From Squalus acanthias (Eukaryota), in the NCBI GenBank assembly GCA_030390025.1, contig JASTWF010000324.1, positions 186,001-250,000 of the forward strand: a stretch of DNA of 64,000 nucleotides, written 5' to 3'. Made by a program: the position numbers and the translations under genes. This document shows positions 47,601 through 64,000 of this stretch, one piece after another. Within the stretch, counting starts at the first letter, position 1. Every line of letters begins with the position of its first letter. Under the pieces are notes generated by a model. It did not search any database, was not told the origin of the DNA, and saw nothing but the letters and a program-made list of their open reading frames with translations.

Positions 47601-50600
47601 CCCCCTGTACTGGGGTACAGTCACACAGCACCCTCTGTACTGGGGTACAGTCACACATCACTCTCTGTACTGGGGTACAGTCACCCATCACACTCATTTT
47701 TGGGGTACAGTCACACATCTCTCTCTGTACTGGGGTACATTCACACATCACTCTTTGTACTGGGTTACAGTCACACATCACCCTCTGTATTGGGGTACAG
47801 TCAGACATCACCCTATGAACTGGGGTACAATAAGACTTCACCCCCTGTACTGGGGTACAGTCACACATCACCCTGTGTACTGGGGTACAGTCACACATCA
47901 CTCTCTGTTATGGGATATAGTCACACATCACTCTCTGTACTGGGATACAGTCACAAATCACTCTCTGTACTGGGTACAGTCACACATCACTCTCTGTACT
48001 GGGGTACAGTCACACATCACTCTCTGTACTGGGGTACAGTCACACATCACCCTCTGTACTGGGGTACAGTCACACATCACCCTCTGTACTGGGGTACAGT
48101 CACACATCACCCTCTGTACTGGGTTACAGTCACACATCACTCTTTGTACTGGGGGTACAGTCACACATCACCCTCTGTACTGGGGTACATTAACACTTCA
48201 TCCCCTGTAACTGGGGAACAACAACACTTCACCCCTGTACTGGGTACAGTCACACATCACCCTCTGTACTGGGGTACAGTCACACATCACTCTCTGTTAT
48301 GGGATACAGTCACACATCACTCTCTGTACTGCGGTACAGTCACACATCCCTCTCTGTACTGGGATACAGTCACAAATCACTCTCTGTACTGGGGTACAGA
48401 CACACATCACTCTCTGTACTGGGGTACAGTCACAGCTCACCCTCTGTACTGGGGTACATTCAAATTCACCCTCTGTACTGGGTACAGTCACACATCACCC
48501 TCTGTACTGGGGTACAGTCACACATCACTCTCTTGACTGGGGTACATTCACATATCACCCTCTGTACTGGGGTACAGTCACACATCACCCTCTGTACTGG
48601 GGTACAGTCACACATCACCCTCTGTACTGGGTACAGTCACACATCACTCTCTGTACTGGGGTACAGTCACACATCACTCTCTGTACTGGGGTACAGTCAC
48701 ACATCACTCTCTGTACTGGGGTACAGTCACACATCACCCTCTGTACTGGGTACAGTCACACATCATCCTCTGTACTGGGGTACAGTCACACATCACTCTC
48801 TGTACTGGGGTACAGTCACACATCACTCTCTGTACTGCGGTACAGTCACACATCACTCCCTGTACTGGGGTACAGTCACACATCACTCTCTGTACTGGGG
48901 TACAGTCACACATCACTCTCTGTACTGGGGTACAGTCACACATCACTCTCTGTACTGGGTACAGTCACACATCACTCTTTGTACTGGGGTACAGTCACAC
49001 ATCACCCTCTGTACTGGGGTACAATAACACTTCACCCCTGTACTGGTGTACAACAACACTTCACCCCCTGTACTGGGGTACAGTCACACATCACCCTCTG
49101 TACTGGGGTACAGTCACACATCACTCTCTGTTATGGGATACAGTCACACATCACTCTCTGTACTGCGGTACATTCACACATCCCTCTCTGTACTGGGATA
49201 CAGTCACAAATCACTCTCTGTACTGGGGTACAGTCACACATCACTCTCTGTACTGGTTTACATTCACACATCACCCTCTGTACTGGGGTACAGTTACACT
49301 TCACCCCCTGTACTGGGGTACAGTCACACATCACTCTCTGTACTGGGGTACAGTTACACATCACCCTCTGTACTGGCGTACAGTCACACATCACCCTCTG
49401 TACGGGCGTACAGTCACACATCACCCTCTGTACTGGGGTACAGTCACACATCACCCTCTGTACTGGCGTACATTCACACATCACCCTCTGTACTGGGGTA
49501 CAGGCACACATCACTCTCTGTACTGGGGCACAGTCACACATCACTCTCTGTACTGGGGTACAGTCACACATCATCCTCTGTACTGGGGTACATGCACACA
49601 TCACTCTCTGTACTGGGGTACAGTCACACATCACTCTCTGTACTGGGGTACAGTCACACATCACCCCTGTACTGGGATACATTCACACATTTTCCTCTGC
49701 ACTAGGGTACAGTCACACATCACTCTCTGTACAGGGGTACAGTCACACATCACTCTCTGTACTGCGGTACACTCACACATCACTCCCTGTGCTGGGGCAC
49801 AGTCACACATCACTCTCTGTACTGCGGTACAGTCACACATCACTCCCTATATTGGGGTATAGTCACACATCGCTCTCTGTACTGGGGTACAGTCACAAAT
49901 CACCCTCTCTACTGGGGAACAATAACACTACACCCCCTGTACTGGGGTACAGTCACACATCACCATCTGTACTGGGGTACAGTCACACATCACTCTCTGT
50001 TATGGGATACAGTCACACATCACTCTCTGTATTGCGGTACAGTCACACATCATCCTCTGTACTGGGGTAGAGTCACACATCCCTCTCTGTACTGGGATAC
50101 AGTCACACATCACTGTCTGTACTGCGGTACAGTCACACATCATCCTCTGTACTGCGGTACAGTCACACATCCCTCTCTGTAATGGGATACAGTCACAAAT
50201 CACTCTCAGTACTGGGGTACAGTCACACATCACTCTCTGTACTGGGGTACAGTCACACATCACTCTCTGTACTGGGGTACAGTCACACATCACCCTCTGT
50301 ACTGGGGTACAGTCACACATCACTCTCTGTGCTGGGGTACAATCACACCACCCCCTTTACTGGGGTACAGTCACACATCACTCTCTATACAGGGGTACAG
50401 TCACACATCACCCTCTGTACTGGGGTACAGTCACACCTCACCCTCTGTACTGGGGTACAGTCACACATCACCCTTTGTACTGGGGTACAATCACACATCA
50501 CCCTCTGTACTGGGGTACAGTCACACATCACTCTCTCTGCTGGGGTACAGTCACACATCACCCTCTGTACTGGGTTAGAGTCACACATCACCCTCTGTAC

Positions 50601-53600
50601 CGGGGTACAGTCACACATCACTCTCTGTACTGGGTTACAGTCACACATCACTCTTTGTACTGGGGTACAGTCTCACATCACCCTCTGTACTGGGTTACAA
50701 TAACACTTCACCCCTGTACTGGGGTACAACAACACTTCACCCCCTGTACTGGGGTACAGTCACACATCACCCTCTGTACTGGGGTACAGTCACACATCAC
50801 TCTCTGTTATGGGATACAGTCACACATCACTCTCTGTAATGCGGTACATTCACACATCCCTCTCTGTACTGGGATACAGTCACAAATCACTCTCTGTACT
50901 GGGGTACAGTCACACATCACTCTCTGTACTGGTTTACAGTCACACATCACCCTCTGTACTAGGGTACAGTTACACTTCACCCCCTGTACTGGGGTACATT
51001 CGCACATCAACCTCTGTATTGGGGTACAGTCACACATCACTCTCTGTACTGGGGTACAGTCACACATCATCCTCTGTACTGCGGTACAGCCACACATCAA
51101 TTTCTGTAATGGGAAACAGTCACAAAGCACTCTCAGTACTGGGGTACAGTCACACATCACTCTCTGTACTGGGGTACAGTCACACATCACTCTCTGTACT
51201 GGGGTACAGTCACACATCACCCTCTGTACTGGGGTACAGTCACACATCACTCTCTGTGCTGGGGTACAATCACACCACCCCCTTTACTGGGGTACAGTCA
51301 CACATCACTCTCTATACAAGGGTACAGTCACACATCACCCTCTGTAGTGGGGTACAGTCACACATCACCCTCTGTACTGGGGTACAGCCACACATCACTC
51401 TCTGTACTGGGGTACAATCACACCACGCCCTTTACTGGGGTACAGTCACACATCACTCTCTATACAGGGGTGCAGTCACACATCACCCTCTGTACTGGGG
51501 TACAGTCACACCTCACCCTCTGTACTGGGGTACAGTCACACATCACCCTTTGTACTGGGGTGCAATCACACATCACCCTCTGTACTGGGGTACAGTCACA
51601 CATCACTCTCTCTGCTGGGGTACAGTCACACATCACCCTCTGTACTGGGTTAGAGTCACACATCACCCTCTGTACCGGGGTACAGTCACACATCACTCTC
51701 TGTACTGGGTTACAGTCACACATCACTCTTTGTACTGGGGTACAGTCTCACATCACCCTCTGTACTGGGTTACAATAACACTTCACCCCCTGTACTGGGG
51801 TACAACAACACTTCACCCCCTGTACTGGGGTACAGTCACACATCACCCTCTGTACTGGGGTACAGTCACACATCACTCTCTGTTATGGGATACAGTCACA
51901 CATCACTCTCTGTACTGCGGTACATTCACACATCCCTCTCTGTATTGGGATACAGTCACAAATCACTCTCTATACCGGGGTACAGTCACACATCACTCTC
52001 TGTACTGGTTTACAGTCACACATCACCCTCTGTACTGGGGTACAGTTACACTTCACCCCCTGTACTGGGGTACATTCGCACATCAAACTCTGTATTGGGT
52101 TACAGTCACACATCACTCTCTGTACTGGGGTACAGTTACACATCACCCTCTGTACTGGCGTACAGTCACACATCACCCTCTGTACGGGCGTACAGTCACA
52201 CATCACCCTCTGTACTGGGGTACAGTCACACATCACCCTCTTTACTGGCGTACATTCACACATCACCCTCTGTACTGGGGTACAGGCACACATCACTCTC
52301 TGTACTGGGGCACAGTCACACATCACTCTCTGTACTGGGGTACAGTCACACATCATCCTCTGTACTGGGGTACATGCACACATCACTCTTTGTACTGGGG
52401 TACAGTCACACATCACTCCCTATATTGGGGTATAGTCACACATCGCTCTCTGTACTGGGGTACAGTCACACATCACCCTCTCTACTGGGGAACAATAACA
52501 CTACACCCCCTGTACTGGGGTACAGTCACACATCACCCTCTGTACTGGGGTACAGTCACACATCACTCTCTGTTATGGGATACAGTCACACATCACTCTC
52601 TGTATTGCGGTACAGTCACGCATCATCCTCTGTACTGGGGTAGAGTCACACATCCCTCTCTGTACTGGGATACAGTCACACATCACTCTCTGTACTGGGG
52701 TACAGTCACACATCACTCTCTGTAATGGGATACAGTCACAAAGCACTCTCAGTACTGGGGTACAGTCACACATCACTCTCTGTACTGGGGTACAGTCACA
52801 CATCACTCTCTGTACTGGGGTACAGTCACACATCACTCTCAGTACTGTGGTACAGTCACACATCACCCTCTGTACTGGGGTACAGTCACACATCATCCTC
52901 TGTTATGGGATACAGTCACACATCACTCTCTGTATTGAGGTATAGTCACACATCCCTCTCTGTACTGGGATACAGTCACACATCATCCTCTGTACTGCGG
53001 TACAGTCACACATCATCCTCTGTACTGCGGTACAGTCACACATCACTCTCTGTAATGGGATACAGTCACAAAGCACTCTCAGTACTGCGGTACAGTCACA
53101 CATCACTCTCTGTACTCGGGTACAGTCACACATCACTCTCTGTACTGGGGTACAGTCACACATCACTCTCAGTACTGTGGTACAGTCACACATCACCCTC
53201 TGTACTGGGGTACAATAACACTTCACCCCCTGTACTGGGGTGCAGTCACACATCACCCTCTGTACTGGGGTACAGTCACACATCACTCTCTGTGCTGGGG
53301 TACAATCACACCACCCCCTTTACTGGGGTACAGTCACACATCACTCTCTATACAGGGGTACAGTCACACATCACCCTCTGTAGTGGGGTACAGTCACACA
53401 TCACCCTCTGTACTGGGGTACAGTCACACATCACTCTCTGTACTGGGGTACAATCACACCACGCCCTTTACTGGGGTACAGTCACACATCACTCTCTATA
53501 CAGGGGTACATTCACACATCACCCTCTGTACTGGGGTACAGTCACACCTCACCCTCTGTACTGGGGTACAGTCACACATCACCCTATGTACTGGGGTACA

Positions 53601-56600
53601 GTCACACATCAGCCTCTGTACTGGGGTACATGCACACATCACTCTCTGTACTGGGGTACAGTCACACATCACTCTCTGTACTGGGGTACAGTCACACATC
53701 ACCCCCTGTACTGGGATATATTCACACATTTTCCTCTGCACTGGGGTACAGTCACACATCACTCTCTGTACAGGGGTACATTCTCACATCAATCTCTGTA
53801 CTGCGGCACACTCACACATCACTCCCTGTACTGCGGTACAGTCATACATCACTCCCTGTATTGGGGTATAGTCACAATTCGCTCTCTGTACTGGGGTACA
53901 GTCGCACATCACCCTCTGTTTTGTGGTACAGTCACACATCACCCTCTCTACTGGGATACAGACACACATCACTCTGTGTACTGGGGTACAGTCACAGATC
54001 ACCCTCTGTACTGGGGTACATTCACAATTCACCCTCTGTACTGGGGTACAGTCACACATCAACCTCTGTACTGGGGTACAATCACACATCACCCTCTGTA
54101 CTGGGGTACAGTCACACATCACCCTCTGTACTGGGGTACAGTCACACATCACCCTCTGTACCGGGGTACAGTCACACATCACCCTCTGTACTGGGTTACA
54201 GTCACACATCACTCTTTGTACTGGGGTACAGTCACACATCACCCTCTGTACTGGGGTACAATAACACTTCATCCCCTGTACTGGGGAACAACAACACTTC
54301 ACCCCCTGTACTGGGGTACAGTCACACATCACCCTCTGTACTGGGGTACAGTCACACATCACACTCTGTTATGGGATACAGTCACACATCACTCTCTGTA
54401 CTGCGGTACAGTCACACATCATCCTCTGTACTGCGGTACAGTCACACATCACTCTCTGTAATGGGATACAGTCACAAAGCACTCTCTGTACTGGGGTAGA
54501 GTCACACATCCCTCTCTGTTCTGGGATACAGTCACACATCACTCTCTGTACTGCGGTACAGTCACACATCATCCTCTGTACTGCGGTACAGTCACACATC
54601 ACTCTCTGTAATGGGATACAGTCACAAATCACTCTCAGTACTGCGGTACAGTCACACATCACTCTCTGTACTCGGGTACAGTCACACATCACTCTCTGTA
54701 CTGGGGTACAGTCACACATCACACTCAGTACTGTGGTACAGTCACACATCACCCTCTGTACTGGGGTACAATAACACTTCACCCCCTGTACTGGGGTACA
54801 GTCACACATCACCCTCTGTACTGGGGTACAGTCACACATCACTCTCTGTGCTGGGGTACAATCACACCACCCCCTTTACTGGGGTACAGTCACACATCAC
54901 TCTCTATACAGGGGTACAGTCACACATCACCCTCTGTAGTGGGGTACAGTCACACATCACCCTCTGTACTGGGGTACAGTCACACATCACTCTCTGTACT
55001 GGGGTACAATCACACCACGCCCTTTACTGGGGTACAGTCACACATCACTCTCTATACAGGGGTACATTCACACATCACCCTCTGTACTGGGGTACAGTCA
55101 CACCTCACCCTCTGTACTGGGGTACAGTCACACATCACCCTATGTACTGGGGTACAGTCACACATCAGCCTCTGTACTGGGGTACATGCACACATCACTC
55201 TCTGTACTGGGGTACAGTCACACATCACTCTCTGTACTGGGGTACAGTCACACATCACCCCCTGTACTGGGATATATTCACACATTTTCCTCTGCACTGG
55301 GGTACAGTCACACATCACTCTCTGTACAGGGGTACATTCTCACATCAATCTCTGTACTGCGGCACACTCACACATCACTCCCTGTACTGCGGTACAGTCG
55401 CACATCACCCTCTGTTTTGTGGTACAGTCACACATCACCCTCTCTACTGGGGTACAGACACACATCACTCTGTGTACTGGGGTACAGTCACAGATCACCC
55501 TCTGTACTGGGGTACATTCACAATTCACCCTCTGTACTGGGGTACAGTCACACATCAACCTCTGTACTGGGGTACAATCACACATCACCCTCTGTACTGG
55601 GGTACAGTCACACATCACCCTCTGTACTGGGGTACAGTCACACATCACCCTCTGTACCGGGGTACAGTCACACATCACCCTCTGTACTGGGTTACAGTCA
55701 CACATCACTCTTTGTACTGGGGTACAGTCACACATCACCCTCTGTACTGGGGTACAATAACACTTCATCCCCTGTACTGGGGAACAACAACACTTCACCC
55801 CCTGTACTGGGGTACAGTCACACATCACCCTCTGTACTGGGGTACAGTCACACATCACTCTCTGTTATGGGATACAGTCACACATCACTCTCTGTACTGC
55901 GGTACATTCACACATCCCTCTCTGTACTGGGATACAGTCACAAATCACTCTCTGTACTGGGGTACAGTCACACATCACTCTCTGTACTCGGGTACAGTCA
56001 CACATCACTCTCTGTACTGGGATATAGTCACACATCGCTCTATGTACTGGGGTACAGTCACACATCACCCTCTGTACTGGGGTACAATAACACTTCACCC
56101 CCTGTACTGGGGTACAGTCACACATCACCCTCTCTGCTGGGGTACAGTCACACATCACTCTCTGTACTGGGGTACAATCACACCACCCCCTTTACTTGGG
56201 TACAGTCACACATCACTCTCTGTACTGGGTTACAGTCACACATCACCCTCTGTACTGGGGTACATTCACACTTCACCCCATGTACTGGGGTACATTCACA
56301 CATCAACCTCTGTATTGGGGTACAGTCACACATCACTCTCTGTACTGGGGTACAGTTACACATCACCCTCTGTACTGGAGTACAGTCACACATCACCCTC
56401 TGTACTGGGGTACAGTCACACATCACCCTCTGTACTGGCGTACATTCACACATCACCCTCTGTACTGGGGTACAGTCACACATCACTCTCTGTACTGGGG
56501 CACAGTCACACATCACTCTCTGTACTGGGGTACAGTCACACATCAGCCTCTGTACTGGGGTACATGCACACATCACTCTCTGTACTGGGGTACAGTCACA

Positions 56601-59600
56601 CATCACTCTCTGTACTGGGGTACAGTCACACATCAATCTCTGTACTGGGATATATTCACACATTTTCCTCTGCACTGGGGTAAAGTCACACATCACTCTC
56701 TGTACAGGGGTACAGTCACACATCAATCTCTGTACTGCGGTACACTCACACATCACTCCCTGTACTGCGGTACAGTCACACATCACTCCCTGTATTGGGG
56801 TATAGTAACAATTCGCTCTCTGTACTGGGGTACAGTCGCACATCACCCTCTGTTTTGTGGTACAGTCACACATCACCCTCTCTACTGGGGTACAGACACA
56901 CATCACTCTCTGTACTGGGGTACAGTCACAGATCACCCTCTGTACTGGGGTACATTCACAATTCACCCTCTGTACTGGGGTCCAGTCACACATCAACCTC
57001 TGTACTGGGGTACAATCACACATCACCCTCTGTACTGGGGTACAGTCACACATCACTCTCTCTGCTGGGGTATATTCACATATCACCCTCTGTACTGGGT
57101 TAGAATCACACATCACCCTCTGTACTGGGGTACTGTCACACATCACCCTCTGTACCGGGGTACAGTCACACATCACTCTCTGTACTGGGGCACAGTCACA
57201 CATCACTCTCTGTACTGGGGTACAGTCACAAATCACCCCCTGTACCTGGATACATTCACACATTTTCCTCTGCACTGGGGTACAGTCACACATCACTCTC
57301 TGTACTGGGGTACAGTCACAGATCACCCTCTGTACTGGGGTACATTCACAATTCACCCTCTGTACTGGTGTACAGTCACACATCAACCTCTGTACTGGGG
57401 TACAATCACACATCACCCTCTGTACTGGGGTACAGTCACACATCACTCTCTCTGCTGGGGTACATTCACATATCACCCTCTGTACTGGGTTAGAGTCACA
57501 CATCACCCTCTGTACTGGGGTACAGTCACACATCACCCTCTGTACTGGGGTACAGTCACACATCACCCTCTGTACTGGGTTACAGTCACACATCACTCTT
57601 TGTACTGGGGTCCAGTCACACATCACCCTCTGTACTGGGGTACAGTCACACATCACTCTCTGTACTGGGGTACAATCACACCACGCCCTTTACTGGGGTA
57701 CAGTCACACATCACTCTCTATACAGGGGTACAGTCACACATCACCCTCTGTACTGGGGTACAGTCACACCTCACCCTCTGTACTGGGGTACAGTCACACA
57801 TCACCCTATGTACTGGGGTACATGCACACATCACTCTCTGTACTGGGGTACAGTCACACATCACTCTCTGTACTGGGGTACAGTCACACATCACCCCCTG
57901 TACTGGGATGTATTCACACATTTTCCTCTGCACTGGGGTACAGTCACACATCACTCTCTGTACAGGGGTACAGTCACACATCAATCTCTGTACTGCGGTA
58001 CACTCACAGATCACTCCCTGTACTGCGGTACAGTCACACATCACTCCCTGTATTGGGGTATAGTCACAATTCGCTCTCTGTACTGGGGTACAGTCACACA
58101 TCACCCTCTGTTTTGTGGTACAGTCACACATCACCCTCTCTACTGGGGTACTGTCACACATCACTCTCTGTACTGGGGTACAGTCACAGATCACCCTCTG
58201 TACTGGGGTACATTCACAATTCACCCTCTGTACTGGGGTACAATCACACATCACCCTCTGTACTGGGGTACAGTCACACATCACTGTCTGTACTGGGGTA
58301 CAGTCACACATCACCCCCTGTACCTGGATACATTCACACATTTTCCTCTGCACTGGGGTACAGTCACACATCACTCTCTGTACAGGGGTACAGGCACACA
58401 TCACTCTCTGTACTGCGGTACAGTCACACATCACTCCCTGTATTGGGGTATAGTCACAATTCGCTCTCTGTACTGGGTTACATCGCACATCACCCTCTGT
58501 TTTGGGGTACAGTCACACATCACCCTCTCTACTGGGGTACAGTCACACATCACTCTCTGTACTGGGGTACAGTCACAGATCACCCTCTGTACTGGGGTAC
58601 ATTCACAATTCACCCTCTGTACTGGTGTACAGTCACACATCAACCTCTGTACTGGGGTACAATCACACATCACCCTCTGTACTGGGGTACAGTCACACAT
58701 CACTCTCTCTGCTGGGGTACATTCACATATCACCCTCTGTACTGGGTTAGAGTCACACATCACCCTCTGTACTGGGGTACAGTCACACATCACCCTCTGT
58801 ACTGGGTTACAGTCACACATCACTCTTTGTACTGGGGTACAGTCACACATCACCCTCTGTACTGGGGTACAATAACACTTCACCCTCTGTACTGGGGTAC
58901 AACAACACTTCACCCCCTGTACTGGGGTACAGTCACACATCACCCTCTGTACTGGGGTACAGTCACACATCACTCTCTGTTATGGGATGCAGTCACACAT
59001 CACTCTCTGTACTGCGGTACATTCACACATCCCTCTCTGTACTGGGATACAGTCACAAATCACTCTCTGTACTGGGGTACAGTCACACATCACTCTCTGT
59101 ACTGGTTTACAGTCACACATCACCCTCTGTACTGGGGTACAGTCACACATCACTCTCTGTACTGGGGTACAGTCACACATCACCCTCTGTACTGGGGTAC
59201 AGTCACACATCACCCTCTTTACTGACGTATATTCACATATCACCCTCTGTACTGGGGTACAGGCACACATCACTCTCTGTACTGGGGCACAGTCACACAT
59301 CACTCTCTGCACTGGGGTACAGTCACACATCATCCTCTGTACTGGGGTACATGCACACATCACTCTCTGTACTGCGGTACAGTCACACATCACTCTCTGT
59401 AATGGGATACAGTCACACATCACTCTCTGTACTGGGGTACAGTCACACATCACTCTCTGTACTGTGGTACAGTCACACATCACTCTCTGTACTGCGGTAC
59501 AGTCACACATCACTCTCTGTAATGGGATACAGTCACACATCACTCTCTGTAATGGGTTACAGTCACACATCACTCTCGGTACTGGGGTACAGTCACACAT

Positions 59601-62600
59601 CGCTCTCTGTACTGGGGTACAGTCACACATCACTCTCTGTACTGGGGTACAATCACACCACCCCCTTTACTGGGGTACAGTCACACATCACTCTCTATAC
59701 AGGGGTACAGTCACACATCACCCTCTGTACCGGGGTACAGTCACACATCACTCTCTGTACTGGGTTACAGTCACACATCACCCTCTGTACTGGAGTACAG
59801 TCACACTTCACCCCATGTACTGGGGTACATTCACACATCAACCTCTGTACTGGGGTACAGTCACACATCACTCTATGTACTGGGGTACAGTTACACAACA
59901 CCCTCTGTACTGGCGTACAGTCACACATCACCCTCTCTACTGGGGTACAGACACACATCACTCTCTGTACTGGGGTACAGTCACAGATCTCCCTCTGTAC
60001 TGGGGTACATTCACAATTCACCCTCTGTACTGGGGTACAGTCACACATCAATCTCTGTACTGGGGTACAATCACACATCACCCTCTGTACTGGGGTACAG
60101 TCACACATCACTCTCTCTGCTGGGGTACATTCACATATCACCCTCTGTACTGGGTTAGAGTCACACATCACCCTCTGTACTGGGGTACAGTCACACATCA
60201 CCCTCTGTACCGGGGTACAGTCACACATCACCCTCTGTACTGGGTTACAGTCACACATCACTCTTTGTACTGGGGTACAGTCACACATCACCCTCTGTAC
60301 TGGGGTACAATAACACTTCATCCCCTGTACTGGGGAACAACAACACTTCACCCCCTGTACTGGGGTACAGTCACACACCACCCTCTGTACTGGGGTACAG
60401 TCACACATCACTCTCTGTTATAGGATACAGTCACACATCACTCTCTGTACTGCGGTACATTCACACATCCCTCTCTGTACTGGGATACAGTCACAAATCA
60501 CTCTCTGTACTGGGGTACAGTCACACATCACTCTCTGTACTGGGTTACAGTCACACAACCCCCTCTGTACTGGGGTACAGTCACATTTCACCCCCTGTAC
60601 TGGGGTGCATTCACACATCAACCTCTGTATTGGGGTACAGTCACACATCACTCTCTGTACTGGGGTACAGTTACACAACACCCTCTGTACTGGCGTACAT
60701 TCACACATCACCCTCTGTACTGGGGTACAGTTACACAACACCCTCTGTACTGGCGTACATTCACACATCAACCTCTGTATTGGGGTACAGTCACAGTTCA
60801 CCCTCTGTACTGGGGTACAGTCACACATCACCCTCTGCACTGGCGTACATTCACACATCACCCTCTGTACTGGGGTACAGTCACACATCACTCTCTGTAC
60901 TGGGGCACAGTCACACATCACTCTCTGTACTGGGGTACAGTCACACATCATCCTCTGTACTGGGGTACATGCACACATCACTCTCTGTACTGGGGTACAG
61001 TCACACATCACTCTCTGTACTGGGGTATAGTCACACATCACCCCCTGTACTGGGATACATTCACAAATTTTCCTCTGCACTGGGGTACAGTCACACATCA
61101 CTCTCTGTACAGGGGTACAGTCACACATCAATCTCTGTACTGCGGTACACTCACACATCACTCCCTGTGCTGGGGTACAGTCACACATCACTCTCTGTAC
61201 TGCGGTACAGTCACACGTCACTCCCTGTATTGGGGTATAGTCACACATCGCTCTCTGTACTGGGGTACAGTCACACATCACCCTCTGTACTACGGTACAG
61301 TCACACATCCCTCTCTGTACTGGGATACAGGCACAAATCACTCTCTGTACTGGGGTACAGTCACACATCACTCTCTGTACTGGGGTACAGTTACACATCA
61401 CCCTCTGTACTGGCGTACAGTTACACATCACCCTCTGTACTGGGCTACAGTCACCCATCACACTCTTTTTTGGGTTACAGTCACACATCACCCTCTGTAT
61501 TGGGGTACAGTCACACATCACTCTCAGTACTGGGGTACAGTCACACATCACTCTCTGTACTGGGGTACAGTCACACATCACTCTCTGTACTGGGGTACAG
61601 TCACAAATCACTCTCTGTACTCGGGTACAGTCACACATCACTCTCTGTACTGGGGTACAGTCACACATCGCTCTCTGTACTGGGGTACAGTCACACATCA
61701 CTCTCTGTACTGGGGTACAATCACACCACCCCCTTTACTGGGGTACAGTCACACATCACTCTCTATACAGGGGTACAGTCACACATCACCCTCTGTACCG
61801 GGGTACAGTCACACATCACTCCCTGTACTGGGTTACAGTCACACATCACCCTCTGTACTGGAGTACAGTCACACTTCACCCCATGTACTGGGGTACATTC
61901 ACACATCAACCTCTGTATTGGGGTACAGTCACACATCACTCTCTGTACTGGGGTACAGTTACACAACACCCTCTGTACTGGCGTACAGTCACACATCACC
62001 CTCTCTACTGGGGTACAGACACACATCACTCTCTGTACTGGGGTACAGTCACAGATCTCCCTCTGTACTGGGGTACATTCACAATTCACCCTCTGTACTG
62101 GGGTACAGTCACACATCAATCTCTGTACTGGGGTACAATCACACATCGCCCTCTGTACTGGGGTACAGTCACACATCACTCTCTCTGCTGGGGTACATTC
62201 ACATATCACCCTCTGTACTGGGTTAGAGTCACACATCACCCTCTGTACTGGGGTACAGTCACACATCACCCTCTGTACTGGGGTACAGTCACACATCACC
62301 CTCTGTACTGGGTTACAGTCACACATCACTCTTTGTACTGGGGTACAGTCACACATCACCCTCTGTACTGGGGTACAATAACACTTCACCCCCTGTACTG
62401 GGGAACAACAACACTTCACCCCCTGTACTGGGGTACAGTCACACACCACCCTCTGTACTGGGGTACAGTCACACATCACTCTCTGTTATAGGATACAGTC
62501 ACACATCACTCTCTGTACTGCGGTACATTCACACATCCCTCTCTGTACTGGGATACAGTCACAAATCACTCTCTGTACTGGGGTACAGTCACACATCACT

Positions 62601-64000
62601 CTCTGTACTCGGGTACAGTCACACATCACTCTCTGTACTGGGGTACAGTCACACATCGCTCTCTGTACTGTGGTACAGTCACACATCACCCTCTGTACTG
62701 GGGTACAATAACACATCACTCTCTGTACTGGGGTACAATCACACCACCACCTTTACTGGGGTACAGTCACAAATCACTCTCTATTCAGGGGTACAGTCAC
62801 ACATCAACCTCTGTATTGGGGTACAGTCACACATCACTCTCTGTACTGGGGTACAGTTACACAACACCCTCTGTACTGGCGTACAGTCACACATCACCCT
62901 CTGTACTGGGGTACAGTCACACATCACCCTCTGCACTGGCGTACATTCACACATCACCCTCTGTACTGGGGTACAGTCACACTTCACTCTCTGTACTGGG
63001 GCACAGTCACACATCACTCTCTGTACTGGGGTACAGTCACACATCAGCCTCTGTACTGGGGTACATGCACACATCACTCTCTGTACTGTGGTACAGTCAC
63101 ACATCACTCTCTGTACTGGGGTACAGTCACACATCACCCCTGTACTGGGATATATTCACACATTTTCCTCTGCACTGGGGTACAGTCACACATCACTCTC
63201 TGTACAGGGGTACAGTCACACATCAATCTCTGTACTGCGGTACACTCACACATCACTCCCTGTACTGCGGTACAGTCACACATCACTCCCTGTATTGGGG
63301 TATAGTCACAATTCGCTCTCTGTACTGGGGTACAGTCGCACATCACCCTGTGTTTTGTGGTACAGTCACACATCACCCTCTCTACTGGGGTACAGACACA
63401 CATCACTCTCTGTACTGGGGTACAGTCACAGATCACCCTCTGTACTGGGGTACATTCACAATTCACCCTCTGTACTGGGGTACAGTCACACATCAACCTC
63501 TGTACTGTGGTACAATCACACATCACCCTCTGTACTGGGGTACAGTCACACATCACTCTCTCTGCTGGGGTACATTCACATATCACCCTCTGTATTGGGT
63601 TAGAATCACACATCACCCTCTGTACTGGGGTACTGTCACACATCACCCTCTGTACCGGGGTACAGTCACACATCACTCTCTGTACTGGGGCACAGTCACA
63701 CATCACTCTCTGTACTGGGGTACAGTCACACATCACTCTCTGTACTGGGGTACAGTCACACATCACCCCCTGTACCTGGATACATTCACACATTTTCCTC
63801 TGCACTCGGGTACAGTCACACATCACTCTCTGTACAGGGGTACAGGCACACATCACTCTTTGTACTGCGGTACAGTCACACATCACTCCCTGTATTGGGG
63901 TATAGTCACAATTCGCTCTCTGTACTGGGGTACAGTCACACATCACTCTCTGTACTGAGGTACAGTCACACATCACTCTCTGTACTGGGTTACAGTCACA
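44640..64000. repeat. 30-bp satellite (TGTACTGGGGTACAGTCACACATCACYCTC), about 645 copies, running off the window end
   Basis: Columns align every 30 nt; 10-aa periodic ORFs in all frames. Confidence 0.98.

Noticed and set aside
44378..64000. Long ORFs (up to 1009 aa) of GYSHTSLSVL, VMCDCTPVQR or YWGTVTHHPL repeats
   Set aside because: The 30-bp unit is stop-free in several frames on both strands and frames switch at indels; satellite artefact, not mucin- or metallothionein-like genes.

Overview
Repeat-dominated vertebrate genomic DNA, most likely from a cartilaginous fish (inferred from HER1-like CR1 LINEs, an HE1-like V-SINE and SacSINE1-like Deu-domain SINEs). No intact host protein-coding gene is recognisable. 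The long ORFs are decayed transposon genes or translation artefacts of tandem repeats. Over half of the window is tandem DNA: GA/GT simple repeats plus 26-, 28-, 30-, 33- and 67-bp unit arrays, and a 500-N gap. The most structured region is a nested stack at 18.6-30.2 kb. There an L2 LINE is split by a Mag-type Gypsy element (120-bp LTRs, 5-bp TSD, tRNA-Ser PBS, PPT). The Gypsy is split by a 7.4-kb PIF/Harbinger-like transposon carrying a three-exon Myb/SANT-like pseudogene and an apparently core-deleted transposase, and the Harbinger itself hosts a SINE and two CR1s. Other points of note are a 3.3-kb minisatellite grown inside a Deu-SINE, a 1056-bp solo LTR, a 53-bp Penelope-like micro-insertion and a hairpin enclosing a degenerate hammerhead motif. 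Family names come from recalled motifs, not database searches.
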